Below, one piece after another: positions 36,286 to 42,799 of a DNA stretch of 42,799 bases. Position numbers and translations under genes: made by a program. Below the pieces are notes generated by a model. The model saw nothing but the letters and a program-made list of their open reading frames with translations. It ran no database searches and was not told where the DNA came from. The stretch covers positions 193,417,754-193,460,552 of the forward strand of contig NC_068981.1 in NCBI RefSeq assembly GCF_001194135.2, written 5' to 3'. Each line of letters begins with the position of its first letter. Within the stretch, counting starts at the first letter, position 1. The stretch comes from Octopus bimaculoides. Lineage: Eukaryota.

Positions 36286-36636
36286 TGTAGTAACGCCTTG
36301 TCTCATGCGCATGCGTGGTGATTGGACATCCAAGTTTGGCGCCCTTATTCATTCTCTTTCTCGGCCGACCGGCCATGAGCCCAGACGTGTCAAGCAGTGT
36401 CTCCAACATTCCGGCTCTGGAGGCAGCTCATTCCAACATTCCAGCTCTGGAGCTGGACAAATGGCCAACCAACATTACTGGCGGCGTCTCGGCGGCCAAA
36501 GGGCGAATTGCTGCCTATTAACTCTGTAAATAAACATTGTTGTGTTGATGGATCGGAATCTGCGTTTCGTTGTTTCTTCAGAATTTAATGTACGGAAGCG
36601 GGTATACACCTAATGGTGTATAACCACTTTCCTACA
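36286..36636 (+). repeat. 3' LTR
   Basis: 351 bp, TG..CA. Confidence 0.92.
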
Positions 36637-36670
36637 GGGTTATGATTATTTTTTGCCATAACCTCATTCA

Positions 36671-36727
36671 TAACCCTAACCCTAACCCTAACCCTAACCC
36701 CAACCCTAACCCTAACTCTAAAACCCG
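36671..36727 (-). repeat. Interstitial telomeric repeat (CCCTAA)n, right arm of the palindrome
   Basis: About seven near-perfect CCCTAA units followed by CTCTAAAACCCG. Confidence 0.9.
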
Positions 36728-36734
36728 AACTCTA

Positions 36735-37115
36735 ACCTCTGCAAGGCGAGTTGCCAATGAAGACAGGAATCTCACAGTAAGTGGTCCGACCCCACTAAAC
36801 GTCTCGAACGCCAAAGGATGGAAAATGTAGTTGGCTGACAGATTGCGGTATTTCAAGATTTTGTTCCGGTCGGCCACAGAAGCTGTGGATCTCGTCTTGA
36901 CCGCAGTATCCAGGATGTGAGAAGAAGAAAAAGAGTCGCTAACTGTGACATCTCAGACAAGGGACCAGGGACACAGGGTGAGGCCATCAGATCTCTTCCC
37001 ATCACATTTGGACAATCCAGATGGTTCTAAGATGGAGGGGATGTTTTCCCGAGCCAAGCTCCTCTGTATGATGCGCGAAGCGATCAGCATTCAGGCGGCA
37101 TGAACAAGTGTATCA
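36735..37115 (-). mobile_element. CRE-like LINE fragment (restriction-like endonuclease domain)
   Basis: CRLNADRFAHH, DGKRSDGLTLCPW..DVTVSDS, KILKYRNL, FHPLAFETFSGVGP: the KRPDG..WD.T..K..KY..F.P.A.ET.G pattern typical of CRE-clade RLE domains. Confidence 0.75.
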
Positions 37116-38139
37116 ATAAAGCGACATTTTCGGTCATTTGTTTAAACTTTCTCTCCTAACTCATCAAATTTAATTATTTGAAAGAGATAGGTTTTGAGAT
37201 TTAAATTTGGCAATTTTCTAAGATTTTAATTCTTGTCTATAAGGGGCCCACCGAACCTGAAGTGTACCGTGATCCCTATGGTTTAAATCCGACCCTGAAT
37301 CTGAAAGGTATTTGTAGAACATTTCAGGAAAAAAAACAAAAAAGAAAAAAACATCAATTTTTCTGAAAGTTATGAGTAAACGAAGTCATGAGGCAAAATT
37401 GAGTGGTTATGATGTAGTGAAAAGTATTGAAAGTGACTTTGTGAAGTATTTGTAAAACAATCAAAAGATGGTTTTAAAGAAATTAAATTAGGAAGTTGTA
37501 AAGCACAAACTTACCTCGTAACAATTCTGAGCAAAATTGAAACTTGAATATTTATCTGATGGTTTTTAAGCCATTGACTGGTTTAACTTTGTATGATATC
37601 AATGTTTTTCCGAAAAAAGCACCTCCCCTCTGCCCTCTTTTACACCATTTACTTTCACGAGAACTTTGTTATATAGGTTTATTATCATTATTTGCAACAT
37701 ACAAAATATAAAAAAGTAAGTGGCTGATTAAGAGAGAAAGAAATAGTTTTAATAGGAAATACACGGTGAAAGTAGATTAGGGAAGATTTCACTTTCATTT
37801 TTGTCAATGACCTCAGTGAAACTTACCTGGTGACAACCGATTGGCATGTTTCCCCCACCCACAAACCTTCTGTGGGTACACACAGAGCCTTACCTACTCA
37901 AATGTGCACCCTGTCCCCAGGTTTGTTTCCGCATAACATTCAGAAAAATGGATATTTTACGAAATTTTCTTCAAATATGCTTCAGATGACGTAGTTTACG
38001 ATTATATAAGAATTTAATGCGAAAACTAAAGTAGGTCAGTGCTCACAACCGCACACAATGAGACACATAACGATATCTTTTTGAAGTTCAAAGTTTGTAG
38101 ATATGCGATACGCGTCAGTATGTATTCTTTTATTCTTTT

Positions 38140-38340
38140 ACTTGTTTCAGTAATTTGACTGCGGCCATGCTAGAGCATCGTCTTGAAGGGTTTTTAAAGT
38201 TGAAGAAATTGACACCAGGACTTATTCTTTGTAAGCCTAGTACTTATTCTATCGTTTTTTTTTCTTTTTGCTGAACACTAAGTTCCGGGAATAAAGACGC
38301 ACCAAGCAATGGCGGGGTACGGACGGAGACACACACACAC
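38140..38340 (-). mobile_element. SINE 3' part (same family as 26510-26915)
   Basis: Reverse complement of GATAGAATAAGTACTAGGCTTACAAAGAATAAGTCCTGG..GCATGGCCGCAGTCAAAT. Confidence 0.8.
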
Positions 38341-40019
38341 ACACACAAATACATACACACACAGAGACATATATATAATTAGTCGTCTCTCCCACATCTG
38401 ACACACGTTACACACACACACAGATNNNNNNNNNNNNNNNNNNNNNNNNNNNNNNNNNNNNNNNNNNNNNNNNNNNNNNNNNNNNNNNNNNNNNNNNNNN
38501 NNNNNNNNNNNNNNNNNNNNNNNNNNNNNNNNNNNNNNNNNNNNNNNNNNNNNNNNNNNNNNNNNNNNNNNNNNNNNNNNNNNNNNNNNNNNNNNNNNNN
38601 NNNNNNNNNNNNNNNNNNNNNNNNNNNNNNNNNNNNNNNNNNNNNNNNNNNNNNNNNNNNNNNNNNNNNNNNNNNNNNNNNNNNNNNNNNNNNNNNNNNN
38701 NNNNNNNNNNNNNNNNNNNNNNNNNNNNNNNNNNNNNNNNNNNNNNNNNNNNNNNNNNNNNNNNNNNNNNNNNNNNNNNNNNNNNNNNNNNNNNNNNNNN
38801 NNNNNNNNNNNNNNNNNNNNNNNNNNNNNNNNNNNNNNNNNNNNNNNNNNNNNNNNNNNNNNNNNNNNNNNNNNNNNNNNNNNNNNNNNNNNNNNNNNNN
38901 NNNNNNNNNNNNACGGCGAATAAGAAAACGGAGAGGATATAGAATTGACAGACATTAGCCAGTAAGCATTCAAGCATGTCTATCTATTCAGTTGTATTGG
39001 ATGAATACACACACATGTATGAGTGATACAGATTAACGAGTGGGAAAAGCTGGTAACTGCATAGACAAGGATGTGAATACCTACAAATGAGCAAAAATAT
39101 AAATGGGTGGGCAGGTACTAGTTCCTTACGGCCGTTTCTACCAAGAGGCAACAAAATCTTCCAGGTTATCTCCATCACTTCAATGTTGTGCAGGGATGAA
39201 CAGACAAGGCTTGGGTAATGGATGTGCTCCCAGGCATCTTCAGTGGGTCCAAGTAGTTGGGTGGGTGGGGGTCGGATAACCCATATAAAAGTCAGTTAAG
39301 AATAGATAAGGTGTGCCTATACTTTTAAATAGAATAAGAATAAGAATAAGAGCAGAAACAAGAATAGAAGTGAAATACAGCATAGTACAATATTGTGTGG
39401 AATACATAACATTGTTCTTTTAACAGTCATGGATTAAACGTTTTGGATCATTTTCCCTTTTTTGTTTACGTGAAAATTATGTGTGCTTGTTAGTATTTTT
39501 CGGGTTTTCACATCAATGGCTCAAATTTCATCTTTGCCTGTCCTCTTTTGGAAATACCGTGTAGTATTAAGGTCGATGATATTGGCTCATCCCCTCCCTA
39601 CAAAAATTGTTGGCCTTATTCCAAAATTAGAAATCATTAATCCTTTTTGACCATCTTATTTCAGTCATCCGTAATTTCCATCTCATTGACAGGTTGTCAT
39701 CGAAGGGATTGCAATACAGGGGAAATAACTGATACATACTGTCAAAGAGTTATTCACTTTGACAGATTTAAACCCTTGAATAAATGAATTTTTTATGAAC
39801 AAAAACATCGGTTGTCAACGTTCTCAGTCACATATTTAGCTGAGAATACTGTTAAAGAAAGGCACAGCGGGAGAGAGAGAAAGAGAGAGAGACAGACAGA
39901 CAGAGTGGTGCTGCTACTGTTGCTGGTGCTAGTGCTGGAGGTGGTGATGGTGAGTGGATGGAGAAAAGTAATTTTTTGTGAATTGAACTAAATTTTTTAT
40001 ATCACCTAATACTTAACGC

Positions 40020-40510
40020 ATGCGCATCACAAACTTGCGATTCACATTAGAAAGAAACCAGTTTCCCCTTCGCCTGTCTTATGCAATGACTATCCATAAA
40101 TCTCAAGGGCAGACATTTGATAGAGTGGGGCTGTTCTTGCCTGAACCTGTATTCGGCCATGGTCAGCAATATGTTGCATTCTCAAGAGCTTGCAANNNNN
40201 NNNNNTTGAACTAAATTTTTTATATCACCTAATACTTAACGCATGCGCATCACAAACTTGCGATTCACATTAGAAAGAAACCAGTTTCCCCTTCGCCTGT
40301 CTTATGCAATGACTATCCATAAATCTCAAGGGCAGACATTTGATAGAGTGGGGCTGTTCTTGCCTGAACCTGTATTCGGCCATGGTCAGCAATATGTTGC
40401 ATTCTCAAGAGCTTGCAACTTATCTGATGCTTGAGTTAAAGCTATCAACACTGACAAAGAAGGGACGAGAACAGGGGTAACTTACACGAAGAACATAGTC
40501 TGCAAAGAAG
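40020..40510 (+). mobile_element. Helitron PIF1-like helicase C-terminal fragment (shown twice because of a gap artefact)
   Basis: [45 protein letters not shown] contains SF1 helicase motifs V and VI. Confidence 0.85.
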
Positions 40511-40869
40511 TAAGGATTAAAAGATTTATACAAATTGAAATGACCCATCGCCTTGGCTTATAAGTTTCCAACGTTGTGATTTTCAGCGTTTACCATCTTA
40601 ATAATACTAAGACTCTAGGGATGTTTATTTGTACCCGAAATATCTCAGAAATAGTATATTTTTTCTTAATCTTTTTTTTCTTTGCATATCACTTTCGTGA
40701 CATTTGGACTTCTATTTATTAATGAAAAGATGTAAACACAATTTTTGTTTATTTCTTGAAAAAAAAAAAGAAGACGAAACATAGCTTCCGTGACATCAAC
40801 ACGCATACACACATACAGAATACACTCACATATAACGAATGTCATGGGGTGTCAATCAACACAGACACA

Positions 40870-41250
40870 CGTCCGCCATCTTTGATATATCGCGGCACTC
40901 CATCGGTTACGATGACAAGGGTTCCACTTGATCCGATCAACGGAACAACCTGCTCGTGAAATTAACATGCAAGTGGCTGAGCACTCCACAGACACGTGTA
41001 CGCCTTAACATAGTTCTCGAAGAGATTCTGCGTGACACAGAGTGTGACAAAGCTGGCCCTTTGAAATACAGGTACAACAGAAATAAGAAGAGCGACTGAG
41101 AGAAAGCTGTGGTGAAAGAGTACAAGGTTCGCCACCATCCCCTAGCGGAGCCTCGTTGAGCTGTAGGTGTTTTCACTCAAACACTCACAACGCCCGGTCT
41201 GGGAATCGAAATCGCGATCCTACGACCGCGAGTCCGCTACCCTAACCACT
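40870..41250 (-). mobile_element. tRNA-derived SINE (a further family)
   Basis: Reverse strand begins CAGTGGTTAGGGTAGCGGACTCGCGGTCGTAGGATCGCGATTTCGATTCCC (A and B boxes, tRNA-like). Confidence 0.75.
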
Positions 41251-42309
41251 GTCTGTGGCGTATACATAGACATAGTCTTCGTGCGCTCTGATCAAACAAA
41301 AGAACATTGACTTTTAGACGTACACAATATTTTAACGATTTAGAAATATTTTTAACTAAATGGGATTTCAAAAATGTAAGTTGTTTGCTCAGCAAGAATT
41401 TATACTTTAGCTTTCTTCAAACAGAGAATATTTTAATGGCTTTTTAATTATTTTCAGGTCGTTAATTTCCATGAAAATATGTTATTTATTTACTTTTGTT
41501 NNNNNNNNNNNNNNNNNNNNNNNNNNNNNNNNNNNNNNNNNNNNNNNNNNNNNNNNNNNNNNNNNNNNNNNNNNNNNNNNNNNNNNNNNNNNNNNNNNNN
41601 NNNNNNNNNNNNNNNNNNNNNNNNNNNNNNNNNNNNNNNNNNNNNNNNNNNNNNNNNNNNNNNNNNNNNNNNNNNNNNNNNNNNNNNNNNNNNNNNNNNN
41701 NNNNNNNNNNNNNNNNNNNNNNNNNNNNNNNNNNNNNNNNNNNNNNNNNNNNNNNNNNNNNNNNNNNNNNNNNNNNNNNNNNNNNNNNNNNNNNNNNNNN
41801 NNNNNNNNNNNNNNNNNNNNNNNNNNNNNNNNNNNNNNNNNNNNNNNNNNNNNNNNNNNNNNNNNNNNNNNNNNNNNNNNNNNNNNNNNNNNNNNNNNNN
41901 NNNNNNNNNNNNNNNNNNNNNNNNNNNNNNNNNNNNNNNNNNNNNNNNNNNNNNNNNNNNNNNNNNNNNNNNNNNNNNNNNNNNNNNNNNNNNNNNNNNN
42001 NNNNNNNNNNNNNNNNNNNNNNNNNNNNNNNNNNNNNNNNNNNNNNNNNNNNNNNNNNNNNNNNNNNNNNNNNNNNNNNNNNNNNNNNNNNNNNNNNNNN
42101 NNNNNNNNNNNNNNNNNNNNNNNNNNNNNNNNNNNNNNNNNNNNNNNNNNNNNNNNNNNNNNNNNNNNNNNNNNNNNNNNNNNNNNNNNNNNNNNNNNNN
42201 NNNNNNNNNNNNNNNNNNNNNNNNNNNNNNNNNNNNNNNNNNNNNNNNNNNNNNNNNNNNNNNNNNNNNNNNNNNNNNNNNNNNNNNNNNNNNNNNNNNN
42301 NNNNNNNGG

Positions 42310-42657
42310 TGTATTAATAATTCTGCCAGCTCCAATAACAAGTGCAGGCAATATTCAAGTATTTTGATGGCTTTTTCCACTTTGTTTACGAACAGTCTAG
42401 TTAATCGGAAATGTCAGAACTAACGGGGATTAATACCATATACACCGTCACAGCAGTAACTGTATTCAACTGAATAGACGTCAGTGATTAGTTGAAATTA
42501 TCGAAATAAGACAATTTTTAACGTGAAATAACTTCGGATACAAAATTTTTTATCTGTTCTATACCGCAAAATATAGAAGTATACGAAGTTTGAAAGTGTT
42601 TCGATACCAAAAACACTACATAAAAAAATGTTGGCCGTCAAATCATAAAGATCCCAC
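42310..42657 (-). mobile_element. MITE-like copy, inverted relative to 33847-34050
   Basis: Ends CCGTCAAATCATAAAGATCCC; the other arm may lie in the preceding gap. Confidence 0.6.
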
Positions 42658-42799
42658 AAACACACATACACACACACATACACACGTCCATTTCATATAC
42701 GTGTTCATACATCTTTCATTTTCTCCTCTCTTTCACTTTAAACAATTGTAAATAATTAAAACAATTTCATATATACATATATTACACACAGACACACAC

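Larger units (their letters stand above)
34191..36636 (+). mobile_element. Non-autonomous Ty3/Gypsy-type LTR retrotransposon, 2446 bp
   Basis: Direct repeats 34191-34542 and 36286-36636 (TG..TA / TG..CA), GGGT 4-bp TSD, PBS, purine tract AGGGGAG before the 3' LTR; no pol motifs seen. Confidence 0.92.

Noticed and set aside
41471-42423. Long ORFs of 270-314 aa, and similar X-rich ORFs at 206-991, 5391-5778 and 38278-38977
   Set aside because: They consist almost entirely of translated N gaps.
33847-42657. A single 8.8-kb DNA transposon bounded by the inverted MITE-like copies
   Set aside because: The copies differ substantially, including a large indel, and are more simply two independent insertions.

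Overview
Repeat-dense, AT-rich metazoan DNA from a gappy draft assembly. Many 10-N gaps are flanked by artefactual direct duplications. The SINE/LINE repertoire looks cephalopod (Octopus-like); this is inferred from recalled repeat families, not from a search. One host gene is visible on the minus strand: six exons with canonical splice sites between 20899 and 10066 encode three RRM-like domains (the third incomplete) followed by a macro domain, i.e. a PARP14/PARP15-family protein whose WWE/ART part is not seen here. The rest is mostly mobile DNA: three R4/Dong-type RLE LINE relics, RTE LINE pieces, tRNA-derived SINEs, an internally deleted Helitron with both termini, a Helitron PIF1 helicase fragment, a Penelope-like RT+GIY-YIG relic, a full-length defective mariner, a hAT transposase relic and a CRE-like endonuclease fragment. 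The most unusual locus is 34148-37115. There a 2.45-kb non-autonomous LTR element (tRNA-Trp PBS, 4-bp TSD) sits inside a palindrome of telomeric repeats. It has a triplicated LTR-end/PBS junction, and its two LTRs are nearly identical for 169 nt and then show a one-directional A/G difference cluster suggestive of deaminase editing. No prokaryotic features or CRISPR arrays were found.
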